In this document: positions 26,240 to 37,092 of the stretch, in pieces | Position numbering within the stretch: position 1 is the stretch's first letter | Layout: each line of letters opens with the position of its first letter | DNA from: Mollicutes bacterium | GTDB lineage: Bacteria; Bacillota_I; Bacilli_A; RF39; UBA660 | Assembly: GCA_012799635.1 (NCBI GenBank) | Contig: JAAZKW010000010.1 | Coordinates: 3,308 to 67,307, forward strand | Reading direction: 5' to 3' | Length of the DNA: 64,000 bases | The notes under the pieces: generated by a model | What the model was told of the DNA's origin: nothing | Database searches by the model: none | Seen by the model: only the letters and a program-made list of their open reading frames with translations | Translations under genes and position numbers: made by a program

Positions 26240-27326
26240 TGTTTATTAACTCCTTTATTTCTTCATATATTGCTACAGAAGCATTCTTTAAATCAAGACT
26301 TTTTAAATTAGTTTTCATTCTAATATAAGTAGTATTATTATCTAGTAATTCCTTTACTTCAAGATAAACTAAGTTTGCATCAAAATCTTTTTCTTCAATT
26401 AAAATAGCAACGCCCTTTTCTTTTAAATCAAGAGCATTATAATACTGATGATTATTAGCAACATAAGGTGATGGAATCATTATCGAAGGGATCTCTAAAG
26501 CAAGAAGCTCCGATATTATTCCTGCTCCTGCTCTAGAAATAACTAAATCAACGTTTTTCATAAAACCAGATAAATTATCTAAATAAGGAACACATTTTAC
26601 ACTTTTAGAAAATTTATTATTTTTAATGAACTCTTTATAGTAATCTTTTCCTGTTATATATAAAACTTCAAAATTATCAGTCTCATCAATAAGATGTAAA
26701 AAATTTTTAAATTTATCATTTAAAGTTGTGCTTCCAAGAGAACCTGAAACTATTAAAATTAGTTTTTTGTTTTTCTTAAATCCTAATGTTTCCTTGGCTA
26801 TTTTTTTAGCATTAATCGCATTTTCACCACAAGGATTTCCTGTATAAACAATTTTCTTAGCTTTAAGATATTTTCTACTGTTTTCATAAGAAATACATGC
26901 AAGATCTACCATTCCTAACCATTTATTAGTTTTACCTGGAATACTATTTTGTTCATGAATACAGGTTTTTATACCTAGTTTATTTGCTGCAAGAATAACT
27001 GGCATTGTAACATAACCACCAGCACCAATTACAACATCAGGCATAAATTCTTTTATTATCTTTTTACATTTATTATAAGCCTTTATAACTAAAAAGATAT
27101 TTTTTATATTTCTAAATATTTTCTTTTTACTAAAACCATATATTTCCAAAGCTTCATATTTAATGTCAAGTGAAGGAATTATATCTTTTTCCATTCGATT
27201 ATGAGTACCAATATATAAAACATTCAAATCTTTTTCTTTTTCTTTCAATTTATTTATTATGGCAACAGCTGGATATATATGGCCACCTGTTCCACCAGCG
27301 CTAATTATAACGTTCATATCAATCAC
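26232..27326 (-). CDS. murG: Undecaprenyldiphospho-muramoylpentapeptide beta-N-acetylglucosaminyltransferase
   Basis: 364 aa with the GGTGGHIYPA motif. Confidence 0.9.
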   Translation of the reverse strand: MIDMNVIISAGGTGGHIYPAVAIINKLKEKEKDLNVLYIGTHNRMEKDIIPSLDIKYEALEIYGFSKKKIFRNIKNIFLVIKAYNKCKKIIKEFMPDVVIGAGGYVTMPVILAANKLGIKTCIHEQNSIPGKTNKWLGMVDLACISYENSRKYLKAKKIVYTGNPCGENAINAKKIAKETLGFKKNKKLILIVSGSLGSTTLNDKFKNFLHLIDETDNFEVLYITGKDYYKEFIKNNKFSKSVKCVPYLDNLSGFMKNVDLVISRAGAGIISELLALEIPSIMIPSPYVANNHQYYNALDLKEKGVAILIEEKDFDANLVYLEVKELLDNNTTYIRMKTNLKSLDLKNASVAIYEEIKELINNE

Positions 27327-27348
27327 CTACCTTTATTTTAACATAAAT

Positions 27349-28440
27349 TTATATTAATTTAATTAATATTTCATTCATAATATATAGTTTATCTGGGTTT
27401 ATGTAAATATTATCCTTCTCAAATATTAAGGATTTATCTTTTATTAAAGGCTCAATATTATATTCATCAAAAATATTAACTTTATATTTAGCATAAAAAT
27501 CTTTTACATTTATTCCCTTTATTTTTCTTAATCCTAAAATTATTTCATAATTCATAACATCTTTTTTAGTAAGGATTTCTTTATCAAAAAAATAATTTCC
27601 ATTAAAATATTTATTTAAATTTCTCGTGTTAGTATATCTAACATTATTTATATATCCACTAGCACCGGGTCCAAAACCATAATATTCATTATTATTCCAA
27701 TAAGTTAAATTATGTTTTGATTCATAGCCCTTTTTAGCAAAGTTAGATATTTCATAATGACAAAAACCATGTGTTTTTAAAAAATTAACTATCGTATTAT
27801 ACATTTTCGCATCTGTTTCTTCACTAATTAAAGGCATTTTCTTATTATACAAAACCGTTCCTTTTTCTAATATTAAACTATAAGTACTAATATGTCTTAT
27901 ATCCAAAGAAATAATTTTTTCTAAATCATCTTTTAAATCTGATAAGCATTGATTACTAATTGCATACATTAAATCGATATTAATATTATTAATATTATTA
28001 TCTTTTAATAATTTTATTTTCTTCTTTATATCTTCATAGTCACTATTTCTATTTAAAATTGCTAAAAGGGTTTTATTAAAGGTTTGGATTCCAATACTAA
28101 TTCTGTTTACACCATACTTTTTAAGAAGCTTTATTTTATTTTCATTAATATCTTCAGGATTAAACTCAATTGTATATTCAATATCTTTTCCCTTATTAAA
28201 AGTAGCAACTATTTTAAGAAGTTGTTCAAAAAAAGCATTATCAAAACAACTTGGTGTTCCACCGCCAATATAAATCGTTTTTATTTTATTACTCTTATAT
28301 CTTAAATTAATTTCTTTTTCTAATGAAGTTAAATATTTCCTAAGCCACTTCTCATCATATAAAACTTTACAAAAATCACAATACGAGCATATTTTAGTGC
28401 AAAAAGGAACATGTATATATATCGAAGAAAGATTACTCAT
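27349..28440 (-). CDS. hemW: Radical SAM heme chaperone HemW (HemN-like)
   Basis: 363 aa with the CX3CX2C motif (CTKICSYCDFC). It lies downstream of lepA, as in many Bacillota. Confidence 0.8.
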   Translation of the reverse strand: MSNLSSIYIHVPFCTKICSYCDFCKVLYDEKWLRKYLTSLEKEINLRYKSNKIKTIYIGGGTPSCFDNAFFEQLLKIVATFNKGKDIEYTIEFNPEDINENKIKLLKKYGVNRISIGIQTFNKTLLAILNRNSDYEDIKKKIKLLKDNNINNINIDLMYAISNQCLSDLKDDLEKIISLDIRHISTYSLILEKGTVLYNKKMPLISEETDAKMYNTIVNFLKTHGFCHYEISNFAKKGYESKHNLTYWNNNEYYGFGPGASGYINNVRYTNTRNLNKYFNGNYFFDKEILTKKDVMNYEIILGLRKIKGINVKDFYAKYKVNIFDEYNIEPLIKDKSLIFEKDNIYINPDKLYIMNEILIKLI

Positions 28441-28744
28441 CTTTATAACTACCTATAAACTTACCAAATTCATCTTTAATATAATGATTGTTTTTTGCAA
28501 AAGTCTGACCACCTTTAGATCTGCCTTTTAATTTATTTTCTTGACGTTTTTGTTTTATATATGCAAAAGTTTTTTCTCCCAATACTTCTTTAGCTAATTT
28601 ACATGTTAAATATCTTCCAACACTTGATGTAGGAATACCTGTTTGTTTTGATAACTCTTTATCAGAAAGATTTTCTTCAACAAATATAATACTTAATTTA
28701 AGTATTTTTTTTGTAATTTCTTCTTCTTGGGCTTTACTTCTCAC
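28433..28744 (-). CDS. Small helix-turn-helix DNA-binding protein (SpoIIID-like architecture, tentative)
   Basis: 103 aa. An HTH-like segment, LSKQTGIPTSSVGRYL, is followed by a basic tail with GG. The call rests on similarity of layout only. Confidence 0.4.
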   Translation of the reverse strand: MRSKAQEEEITKKILKLSIIFVEENLSDKELSKQTGIPTSSVGRYLTCKLAKEVLGEKTFAYIKQKRQENKLKGRSKGGQTFAKNNHYIKDEFGKFIGSYKDE

Positions 28745-28747
28745 ATA

Positions 28748-30556
28748 CTACTCCTCACTAGATAAAACAGCTAAGAATGCCTCCTGAGGAACTTCAACCG
28801 AACCTACCATTTTCATTCTTTTTTTACCTTCTTTTTGTTTTTCTAATAATTTTCTTTTTCTTGATACATCGCCACCATAACACTTAGCCAAAACATTTTT
28901 TCTCATCGCAGGAATAGTTTCTCTGGCTATAACTTTGCTTCCAATACTAGCTTGAATTGGCACTTGAAACATTTGTCTTGGTATTAACTTACGTAATTTT
29001 TCGGTTATAACTCTTCCTTTTGAATAAGCAAAGTCCTTATGAACGATTACTGATAATGCATCTACTATTTCACCATTTAATAAAATATCCATTTTTACTA
29101 AATCAGATTTATTATATTGTGATATTTCGTAATCAAAAGAAGCATAACCCTTGGTACTACTTTTTAATCGATCATAAAAATCATATACGATTTCTCCAAG
29201 AGGTATTTCATAATGAATATTAACTCTTGTCTCATCAATATATTCTGTTGTTTTATATATACCTCTTTTATCTTGGCAAAGTTCCATAATAGGTCCAATA
29301 TATTCATTTGGTGCTATTATATTAGTATAAATATATGGTTCTTCAATATAATTAATATGTGACTTATCAGGCATTTTATTAGGACTATCTATTTCTTCCA
29401 TTGTACCATTTGTAAGATATACTTTATAAATAACCGAAGGACTAGTTGCAATAGTATTTAAATTAAATTCTCTTTCTAATCTTGTCAAGATGACATCCAT
29501 ATGTAAAAGTCCCAAAAAACCCGTTCTAAAACCAAATCCTAGAGCAGTTGATACTTCTGGCTCAATTGTTAAAGATGCATCATTAAGTTTTAGCTTTTCC
29601 ATAGCATCCTTTAATTCATCATATTTATTTGCCTCCGTTGGAAATATCCCCGAAAAGACCATTGGTTTCATAGGTTTATATCCTTTTATAGGTTCTTTGG
29701 CACTATTATTTTCCAAAGTTATAGTATCACCTACAGAAACTTTTGATATATCTTTAATAGCAGCACAAACATATCCAACCATTCCGCTTGATAAAACTGG
29801 TATTGGAGTGTTATCTAGCTGATTAACCCCAACCTCAGTAACCTCAAAAACAGAACCTTTAGCCATCATTTTAATTTTATCTTTTATTTTAATTTTACCT
29901 TCAACTACTTTAACAAGTAAAACAACTCCTCGATAAGAATCAAAATAACTATCAAATATTAAAGCTTTTAAAGGTTTATTATCATCCGCTAAAGGCGGCT
30001 TTATTCTAACTACAACTTCATCTAAAAGTTCCTTAACCCCCTCGCCTGTTTTACCACTTACTAAAATAATTTCTTCTTCTTTAAAACCCAAAGTTTTAAT
30101 AAGCTCTTTTTTTACCTTAGGAATATCAGCATTAGGCAAATCTATTTTATTAATAACCGGAATAATGGTTAAATCATGTTCCATAGCAAGATATAAATTA
30201 GCTAATGTCTGGGCTTCAATACCTTGAGATGCATCCACAATTAAAATTGCCCCTTCACAAGCTGCTAAACTTCTTGAAACTTCATATGAAAAATCAACAT
30301 GTCCAGGAGTATCTATTAGATTTAAAATATAATCTTCACCATTATATTTATAATCTAACTTCACAGCATTAAGCTTAATAGTAATTCCTCTTTCTTGTTC
30401 AAGATCCATACTATCTAAAGTTTGCTTTTTAATTAATCTTTTAGGAAATGATGCACTTGTTTCTAAAATTCGATCAGCAAGAGTACTTTTACCATGATCA
30501 ATATGAGCTATTATTGAAAAATTCCTAATATGTGATTTATCCATCTTTACCACCAA
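28748..30556 (-). CDS. lepA: Translation elongation factor 4
   Basis: 602 aa with G1 [10 protein letters not shown]3 DTPGHVDF and a LepA-type C-terminus. Confidence 0.95.
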   Translation of the reverse strand: MVVKMDKSHIRNFSIIAHIDHGKSTLADRILETSASFPKRLIKKQTLDSMDLEQERGITIKLNAVKLDYKYNGEDYILNLIDTPGHVDFSYEVSRSLAACEGAILIVDASQGIEAQTLANLYLAMEHDLTIIPVINKIDLPNADIPKVKKELIKTLGFKEEEIILVSGKTGEGVKELLDEVVVRIKPPLADDNKPLKALIFDSYFDSYRGVVLLVKVVEGKIKIKDKIKMMAKGSVFEVTEVGVNQLDNTPIPVLSSGMVGYVCAAIKDISKVSVGDTITLENNSAKEPIKGYKPMKPMVFSGIFPTEANKYDELKDAMEKLKLNDASLTIEPEVSTALGFGFRTGFLGLLHMDVILTRLEREFNLNTIATSPSVIYKVYLTNGTMEEIDSPNKMPDKSHINYIEEPYIYTNIIAPNEYIGPIMELCQDKRGIYKTTEYIDETRVNIHYEIPLGEIVYDFYDRLKSSTKGYASFDYEISQYNKSDLVKMDILLNGEIVDALSVIVHKDFAYSKGRVITEKLRKLIPRQMFQVPIQASIGSKVIARETIPAMRKNVLAKCYGGDVSRKRKLLEKQKEGKKRMKMVGSVEVPQEAFLAVLSSEE

Positions 30557-30605
30557 TCAATTAGTATTATACATAATATTATAAAATAAATAAAGTGTTT
30601 GATTA

Positions 30606-30634
30606 TTGATTATTGTTTAACAATTTGTTAAAAT
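30606..30634 (+). promoter_or_regulatory. Putative sigma-A promoter of rpsT
   Basis: TTGATT, then 17 nt, then TAAAAT with an upstream TG (TGtTAAAAT). It lies about 30 nt upstream of the rpsT ATG. Confidence 0.5.
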
Positions 30635-30662
30635 AAAGACGTATTAAAAGAAGGGAGATAGT

Positions 30663-30926
30663 ATGCCTAATATTAAAAGTTCAAAAAAAGCGGTTAAAGT
30701 TACAGCTAAAAAAACTATTTTTAACCGTGAACCTAAAGCAAGAGTAAAAAATCTTATTAAAAATATTGAAAAAACTATTGCTACTGGTGACAAAAAGAAA
30801 GCTGAAGAATTATTCTTAACATTTCAGAGCAAATGTGACAATGCAGTTGGTAAAGGCTTAATTAAAAAGAATACCGCTAATAGAAATAAATCAAGATTAG
30901 CACAAAAAATTAAAAATATGAACTAG
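30663..30926 (+). CDS. rpsT: 30S ribosomal protein S20
   Basis: 87 aa, basic, with the N-terminus MPNIKSSKKAVKV typical of S20. Confidence 0.9.
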   Translation: MPNIKSSKKAVKVTAKKTIFNREPKARVKNLIKNIEKTIATGDKKKAEELFLTFQSKCDNAVGKGLIKKNTANRNKSRLAQKIKNMN

Positions 30927-30945
30927 GAAACCTAGTTTTTTTTTG
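30921..30945 (+). terminator. Rho-independent terminator of rpsT
   Basis: AACTAGGaaaCCTAGTT is followed by a T9 run. The stop codon lies inside the stem. Confidence 0.75.
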
Positions 30946-30971
30946 AAATAAAAAAGCGATGTTAACACCAC

Positions 30972-31217
30972 TTAGAATGAATCAATATTTATCTTTACTT
31001 TAGACATTTTATTTACAAAAGCAAATGCTTGAATAATTGTTTTAAGGGCTGTTGCGTTTCTTCCCCCTTTACCAATTATTGCTCCCATATCATCATTATG
31101 AACTATAATCTCTATAATTGGGTCTTCCCCTTCACTTTCAAAAATTTGAACTTTTACCATATCAGGATTTTTAACAAGACTTTTTACAAGAAATTCTGTA
31201 TATTCTATAATATTCAT
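30972..31217 (-). CDS. KH-domain RNA-binding protein (YlqC family)
   Basis: 81 aa with the GxxG loop IGKGGRNATALKTI. It lies immediately downstream of rpsP, which is the conserved arrangement. Confidence 0.85.
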   Translation of the reverse strand: MNIIEYTEFLVKSLVKNPDMVKVQIFESEGEDPIIEIIVHNDDMGAIIGKGGRNATALKTIIQAFAFVNKMSKVKINIDSF

Positions 31218-31223
31218 ATTAAC

Positions 31224-31520
31224 CTAATCCTTCTTTACTTCTTTTTTTGAAGCTTTTGTTTTACTATTAGCATATTTTTCCATAATACCTTTTCTTGAAA
31301 ATATATTTCTTACAGTATCAGTAACTTCAGCTCCATTATTTAACCATTTTAATGCTTTTTCTTCATCAATATTAATTTCATCTTTTCCTTTAACAGGATT
31401 ATAAGTTCCAATCATTTCAATGAATTTACCATCTCTTGGACTTCTTGAATCAGCTGCGACAATTCTATAAAATGGTTTTTGTCTTCCGCCGATTCTCTTT
31501 AATCTTAATTTAACTGCCAT
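31224..31520 (-). CDS. rpsP: 30S ribosomal protein S16
   Basis: 98 aa with the N-terminus [31 protein letters not shown]. Confidence 0.95.
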   Translation of the reverse strand: MAVKLRLKRIGGRQKPFYRIVAADSRSPRDGKFIEMIGTYNPVKGKDEINIDEEKALKWLNNGAEVTDTVRNIFSRKGIMEKYANSKTKASKKEVKKD

Positions 31521-31545
31521 ATACTATCCTCCTTTGACTAAAATA

Positions 31546-31575
31546 ATTATAACACTTTTCTTTATCTGCTGTCAA
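31546..31575 (-). promoter_or_regulatory. Putative sigma-A promoter of rpsP
   Basis: On the minus strand, TTGACA (31570-31575), then 18 nt, then TATAAT (31546-31551) with an upstream TG. Confidence 0.6.
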
Positions 31576-31655
31576 CCATTATTTGTTGACGACCTTTTTA
31601 AATTATTTATTATAGTATTAAATAATAATTTGTGTTAAAATTGATATAATAAAGG

Positions 31656-33434
31656 GTGCTAAGTATGCTAGGAAAAATAGAAAAAATTATTGACAATAAA
31701 TTATATTTAAAATTATCTGTAGATCCTTCAGTAAATAAGAGTTTTCTTAATTTGTATGTCGTTATTAAAGATGAAAACAAGGTCTATATTGGGGAAATAA
31801 TATCTATAGATTCTTTTAATGCTATTATAAATTTACTTGGAGAATATAATAATAATGAATTTGAATTTGGTATTATTAAAAAGCCCGCTTTAAAATCTAC
31901 TGTCGATTTAATTGACCCCTCTTTTATCGGAGAATTATTAACTTTTAAAAATGTTAAAAAGCTTGAGATAGCTAAACTTCCTTTTTATGATAATGTTCCT
32001 ATTAAAGCTAAATTATCGGCTTTATTTGGGAATCATTTTGCAATATTTGGTTCCACAGGTTCAGGTAAATCTTGTGCTTTTGCTCGAATAATGCAAAATT
32101 TACTTAACATTAATAATTTATCAAATAATATCCATATTGCACTTTTTGACACTTATGGCGAATATACCGAAGCCTTTTCTTATTTAAATGAAATACCAAA
32201 TAAAGGATATAAAATATATTCTTCGAATCTTTCATCTAATAAAGAAATTATTTACCTTCCTCCATGGCTTTTAGATATTGATGACTATGCTTTATTATTA
32301 AATGTTACTAAACCTATTCAAATTTCAATATTAGAAAAAACTTTAAGAAATGTTAGTCTATTTAAAAGAAAAGAAGAAGAAGTTATAGTATATAAAAATA
32401 GCATTATTGCTCAAGCACTATTAGATATTATATTAAGTGGAAGACAAGCATCACAAATAAGAGATCTATTTATTTCAGCACTAACAAAATTTAAAACTAA
32501 AGATTTAAATTTAGAAAGTATAATTAGCCAACCTGGTTATAATAGAACAGTAAGACAATGCTTGTTGATTGATAGTAATAATAAAATTAATGCTATTGAA
32601 GAAATAGTTAATTTTTTAGAACAATTTTCTACTGAAGAGGTATATACAACTATTCCTGATGGGACTTTTTCTTACTCATTAAATGATTTTGCTGATGCTC
32701 TTGATTTTGCTCTAATATCCGAAGGAGTTTGGAAAAGTGATAAAATATATGATGACTTTAATATTTTAAAAGTGCGTTTAAATTCATTACTTAATAGCGA
32801 TAGTAAATCTTTCTTTTTGAAAGAAAACGATGAAAACTACTATATCGATAGAGAAACTTATATTAAAAATTTGTTTCTTAAATCAGATGGTTCTGTCGCC
32901 CAAATTATAAACTTTAATATTAGTGAATTAGATGATCGTTTTGCTAGAGTTATTGTTAAAATATATTCTAAATTGTTTTTTAATTATTTAAAAAGTGCTA
33001 CACAAAGAGCTTCATTTCCTATTAATATCATTCTTGAAGAAGCACACCGTTATGTTCAAAGTGAAGAGCATGATACCGATAATGCAATTCTTGGTTATAA
33101 TATTTTTGAAAGAATAACTAAAGAAGGAAGAAAATATGGTAATATTTTAACTTTAATATCTCAAAGACCTAGCGAACTTTCAGAAACATGTTTAAGTCAA
33201 TGCTCTAATTTTCTATTTTTTAAAATGACTCACCCTGTTGATATTAACTATATTGCTAAAGCTATTCCGGATGTTAATGAGGAAATTATTGAAAAAATGA
33301 AGGTAGTTAAAGCTGGTCATGCTATATGTTTTGGAAATGCCTTTAAATGTCCCTCTTTATTAAAATTTGATTTGCCAAATCCGCTTCCAAATAGCGATAA
33401 TGTTGATCTAGATTCATTATGGTTTAATAGTTGA
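31656..33434 (+). CDS. HerA-like (DUF87) hexameric ATPase/translocase
   Basis: 592 aa with Walker A FGSTGSGKS, the LEEAHRYV Walker B region and GRKYGNILTLISQRPSELSETCLSQCSNFLFFKMTHPVD, typical of HerA/FtsK-class ATPases. The likely real start is the ATG at 31665. Confidence 0.7.
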   Translation: MLSMLGKIEKIIDNKLYLKLSVDPSVNKSFLNLYVVIKDENKVYIGEIISIDSFNAIINLLGEYNNNEFEFGIIKKPALKSTVDLIDPSFIGELLTFKNVKKLEIAKLPFYDNVPIKAKLSALFGNHFAIFGSTGSGKSCAFARIMQNLLNINNLSNNIHIALFDTYGEYTEAFSYLNEIPNKGYKIYSSNLSSNKEIIYLPPWLLDIDDYALLLNVTKPIQISILEKTLRNVSLFKRKEEEVIVYKNSIIAQALLDIILSGRQASQIRDLFISALTKFKTKDLNLESIISQPGYNRTVRQCLLIDSNNKINAIEEIVNFLEQFSTEEVYTTIPDGTFSYSLNDFADALDFALISEGVWKSDKIYDDFNILKVRLNSLLNSDSKSFFLKENDENYYIDRETYIKNLFLKSDGSVAQIINFNISELDDRFARVIVKIYSKLFFNYLKSATQRASFPINIILEEAHRYVQSEEHDTDNAILGYNIFERITKEGRKYGNILTLISQRPSELSETCLSQCSNFLFFKMTHPVDINYIAKAIPDVNEEIIEKMKVVKAGHAICFGNAFKCPSLLKFDLPNPLPNSDNVDLDSLWFNS

Positions 33435-33472
33435 AATAAATATGATAAAATATATACGAAAGGAATTATAAT

Positions 33473-33874
33473 ATGGATAATTGTGTTTTTTGTAAGATTA
33501 TCAACAAACAAATTCCATCTAAAATAGTTTATGAAGATGATATCGTAATTGCTTTTATGGATATTAATCCTATTTGTGATGGACATACTCTTATTGTTCC
33601 AAAAAAGCATATTGAAAATATATTTACTGTTGATGATAATACATTTCTTTATATGTATAAAATAGCTAAAGAGTTAACCCCTATTTTAGAAAAGGCCACT
33701 AATGAGTCTTCGATGAGTTATGATATTAATTATGGCGATGCGCAAGCTATTAAACATATTCACCTACATTTGCTACCAAATGTAAGACAAAGACCACATA
33801 GAAAAGTTGAAGATGTCTATAATCGTATTATTGGAGTAATTAATGAAAAAAAGGCGATTGAAAAAGAAAGTTAA
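33473..33874 (+). CDS. HIT-family nucleotide hydrolase/transferase
   Basis: 133 aa with the histidine triad HIHLHLLP and the N-terminus CVFCKI. Confidence 0.85.
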   Translation: MDNCVFCKIINKQIPSKIVYEDDIVIAFMDINPICDGHTLIVPKKHIENIFTVDDNTFLYMYKIAKELTPILEKATNESSMSYDINYGDAQAIKHIHLHLLPNVRQRPHRKVEDVYNRIIGVINEKKAIEKES

Positions 33875-35132
33875 GTTTACTCTAGCTCTTTTAATTATTG
33901 GAATTACTTTAATATATGGATTTATTTTCCTTAAAAATAATCCTAAAAGCATTAATTTTATAAAGGAGTTTTTTATGAAAGAAAATAATAGCATTAAAAA
34001 TGATAAACCTAAAATTCCCAAAGAAGTTTGGCCTAAAGTAGAAAAAATTTCTTTAGTAGCAACTGGAGATGCCTTGCTTCATAATTCTGTTTATATTGAT
34101 GCTTATAATAAAAAAACTGATACTTTTAATTTTGCACCTCAAGTAGAAATGATAAAAGATATAGTTAATAAATATGATATTGCTTATTATAACCAAGAAA
34201 CTATCTTCGGAGGAAAACAACCTGATATTTTTCCAAATGAAAACCAATGGAATGTAAAAGGATATCATTGTTATCCCCACTTCAATAGTCCATCTGAGTT
34301 TGGCGATGCTATGGTTGATATTGGTTTTAATATGGTATCTTTAGCATCAAATCATAGTGCTGATTGTAAAACAAAAACAAAAGATTGTGTAACTAATGCA
34401 TATAAATATTGGGAATCAAAAAATGTTGTCTTTGATGGTTTAAATATAGAGGAAACAAGAGAAAATAAATATAATGTAAATACTATAAATGGTATAACTT
34501 ATGGCTTTTTAAATTATACTACTACTTTAAATGGATTAGATGGCTTTATAAAAGGCCAAGAGTATTTAATTGATACTTATTCTGAAGAAATATCAGATCA
34601 AGAAATAATTGAGCTTAAAAAAAAGGTTGATGTTTTAATTGTTGCAATGCATTGGCATAAAAATTCGCCGGAATATTCAACGGTTCCATCTAACTATAAT
34701 AAACAGCTTGCAATGCATTTATCAGAGCTTGGTGTTGATATTATACTTGGTACCTATTCCCACTGTCTTCAGCCATTTGATATTATTAATGAAGGTAAAA
34801 CAGTAGTCTTTTACTCTTTGGGTAATTTTATATCTAATCAAGGAGTATTAACCTATTTAAACAATAAGGGTATTGTTGGAGTTCTTGCAGGAATGGATAT
34901 AGTTAAAACTACCAACAAAGATAAGACTTTTACTATCAAAGTAGAAAATCTCAGAGGAGATCTCATTTATACATATAATAATGGTAATATTTTTGGTTCA
35001 GACGCCTTTAAAGTAATCCCTTTTGATAAAATGAATGAAACCTATAATAAAAATTATAGAGCTATTTATGAAGAATTTAAAAATATTCTTACTTCATTAA
35101 ATAGTAATATTGATATAACACCAATAAATTAA
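33843..35132 (+). CDS. CapA-family metallophosphoesterase (poly-gamma-glutamate capsule synthesis-like)
   Basis: 429 aa with an N-terminal TM segment, then ATGDALLH ... SLASNHSAD ... VAMHWH motifs of the PGA_cap family. Confidence 0.7.
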   Translation: MKKRRLKKKVKFTLALLIIGITLIYGFIFLKNNPKSINFIKEFFMKENNSIKNDKPKIPKEVWPKVEKISLVATGDALLHNSVYIDAYNKKTDTFNFAPQVEMIKDIVNKYDIAYYNQETIFGGKQPDIFPNENQWNVKGYHCYPHFNSPSEFGDAMVDIGFNMVSLASNHSADCKTKTKDCVTNAYKYWESKNVVFDGLNIEETRENKYNVNTINGITYGFLNYTTTLNGLDGFIKGQEYLIDTYSEEISDQEIIELKKKVDVLIVAMHWHKNSPEYSTVPSNYNKQLAMHLSELGVDIILGTYSHCLQPFDIINEGKTVVFYSLGNFISNQGVLTYLNNKGIVGVLAGMDIVKTTNKDKTFTIKVENLRGDLIYTYNNGNIFGSDAFKVIPFDKMNETYNKNYRAIYEEFKNILTSLNSNIDITPIN

Positions 35133-35323
35133 GAATTTTCATATGTTAAAATTATATAAATTTTATAGACAAAACATTTAAGACGATAATAATTAATATT
35201 AAATAATATTATATGTTTTATTTGCATAATTATAAAAAATGTGAAAAGTCGCTTTTTTCATAGAAAATAATTGTATTTTAGCATAGTTATTGTTATAATA
35301 ACTTTTATGGGAGGTATAAATTT

Positions 35324-36340
35324 ATGAAAAAAGTATTATGTTTATTACTTGTTATAGTATTATTAACAGGATGTGGTAAAGTTCCAAAATTATCAAACGG
35401 AAAAGATATCGTCGTATCTTTCGGTAAAGAAAAACCCATAAGTGTTGATGACTTATATGAAAAGATGAAAAATACTTATGCACTTTCTACTCTAATTACA
35501 ATGGTTGATGTTAAAATTTTTGAAAGAGCATTTCCTAAATATATTGACGAGGCTAAAAAGCTTGCTGAAACAGAGGTTGAAAAATTAAAAGAAAGTTATC
35601 CTGATGAAGATAAACTTATACAAGCATTATATTACTACACAAGAATGGCCAGCGTTGAAGAATATAAGGAATCAGTATATTTAAATTATCTTCAAAATCA
35701 TGCTGCTAATGAATATGCTAAAGAAAATGTTACTGATAAACAAATTGAACAGTATTATAAAAATAATGTTTCTGAAGATATTGATGTAAAACATATATTA
35801 ATTGTTCCAAAAGTAACCGATAAAATGTCAAAAGAAGAAAAAACTAAAGCTGAGGATAAAGCACTAAATGATGCAAAAGATATTTTAAAAGAAATTAAAG
35901 ATGAGAAAAAAGATATTTTAGCTACATTTGAAAAATTAGCAAAAGAAAAATCCCAAGATGATGCAACTAAAAGCAAAGGTGGTTCTTTAGGTAAGATAAA
36001 TAAAAACTCTTTAGGTACTAAATATCAAAAATTAACCGATGAAGTGTTTAAACTAAAAGATAATAGTCTATATGATGGTGTTGTTAAAACTGAAATTGGT
36101 TATCATATTGTATATCGTGGAAAGTCTTATGAAAAACCAGCATTAAAGGATGTAAAAGAAAGTATTATTGCAACGCTTGGAAAAGAAGCATTAGAAAAAG
36201 ATCAGGCTCTTCATACAAAAGCATTACAATATTATCGTAAAAAAAGTAAAATGAAGATTGAAGATTCTGTACTTGCTAAACAATATTCAAATTACATTTC
36301 TAACACAATACTAAATGCTACAACAGAAAAAACGGATTAA
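35324..36340 (+). CDS. prsA: Foldase lipoprotein PrsA (parvulin-type peptidyl-prolyl isomerase)
   Basis: 338 aa with the lipobox LLTGCG and a parvulin core (VKHILI ... GGSLG ... IGYHIV). Confidence 0.85.
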   Translation: MKKVLCLLLVIVLLTGCGKVPKLSNGKDIVVSFGKEKPISVDDLYEKMKNTYALSTLITMVDVKIFERAFPKYIDEAKKLAETEVEKLKESYPDEDKLIQALYYYTRMASVEEYKESVYLNYLQNHAANEYAKENVTDKQIEQYYKNNVSEDIDVKHILIVPKVTDKMSKEEKTKAEDKALNDAKDILKEIKDEKKDILATFEKLAKEKSQDDATKSKGGSLGKINKNSLGTKYQKLTDEVFKLKDNSLYDGVVKTEIGYHIVYRGKSYEKPALKDVKESIIATLGKEALEKDQALHTKALQYYRKKSKMKIEDSVLAKQYSNYISNTILNATTEKTD

Positions 36341-36357
36341 ATTATAATCCGTTTTTA
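36332..36357. terminator. Bidirectional rho-independent terminator between prsA and recX
   Basis: ACGGATTaaattatAATCCGT is followed by TTTTTAT on the plus strand and flanked by an A-run on the other side. Confidence 0.65.
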
Positions 36358-37092
36358 TATGTCAAAACCTAATTTAATAAGTTTGTCTTTTATTTTAATA
36401 TCAAGTATTTCTTTAGGATACTTATTTTTATATTTTTTAAATAATTTATTATATTCATTTTGATAAATTTCACTTTCATCTACATGAATTTTACTAACTA
36501 TACTATCATAGATATTTTTATCATAGCCTTCATTAAACAAATAGTTACTTAATTGATATAAAAACATTTTTTTTGAAAGACTTCGATTACTTTTTATTCT
36601 TTTATTAATAATTTCATTTATTTTATTTATCCATACTTCATTATTAATATTATTTAAATATTTGTTTATCTCATTTTCATTAAAACCTAATGTTAAAAGC
36701 TCATTTTTAATTTTATATGGTCCTTTTAAAGAGAGTTTTACTCTATCATTAATAAAACTTTTTAAATAATCATCCTTATTTAAATAATTATTTTCTTTTA
36801 ATTTAAGAATTGTTTTATTACTAATCTTTTCGCTTATACCAAGTGATTTAAGCTTTTCTTTAACTTCTTTTTCAGTCCTTTTCTTATATGATATAAACTT
36901 CAAAGCTTTTTCATACCCTAAAAGATAATTATTATAATCTACGATTTCTATAATTTCTGTTTCCGAAAGGTCTCTTGGTTTTAACAAATTGTTTTTAACT
37001 AAAGTATCTGCATAAAAAATATATTTAATATTTTCTATAAAAAGCTCATATTTGTTACCCCCTATAAATCTTATTTGGGTAACTTTTTTCAT
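36355..37092 (-). CDS. recX: Recombination regulator RecX
   Basis: 245 aa, helical-repeat and basic, with a RecX-like pattern (EKxLKxxGISEK ... YLNDxxY). The call is supported by length and layout only. Confidence 0.6.
   Translation of the reverse strand: MKKVTQIRFIGGNKYELFIENIKYIFYADTLVKNNLLKPRDLSETEIIEIVDYNNYLLGYEKALKFISYKKRTEKEVKEKLKSLGISEKISNKTILKLKENNYLNKDDYLKSFINDRVKLSLKGPYKIKNELLTLGFNENEINKYLNNINNEVWINKINEIINKRIKSNRSLSKKMFLYQLSNYLFNEGYDKNIYDSIVSKIHVDESEIYQNEYNKLFKKYKNKYPKEILDIKIKDKLIKLGFDI

Noticed and set aside
31571-31591. Inverted repeat GTCAACcattatttGTTGAC between rpsP and the HerA-like gene, considered as a possible operator
   Set aside because: Each arm is better explained as the -35 hexamer (TTGACA / TTGACG) of one of two divergent promoters. 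There is no independent evidence for a regulator site.
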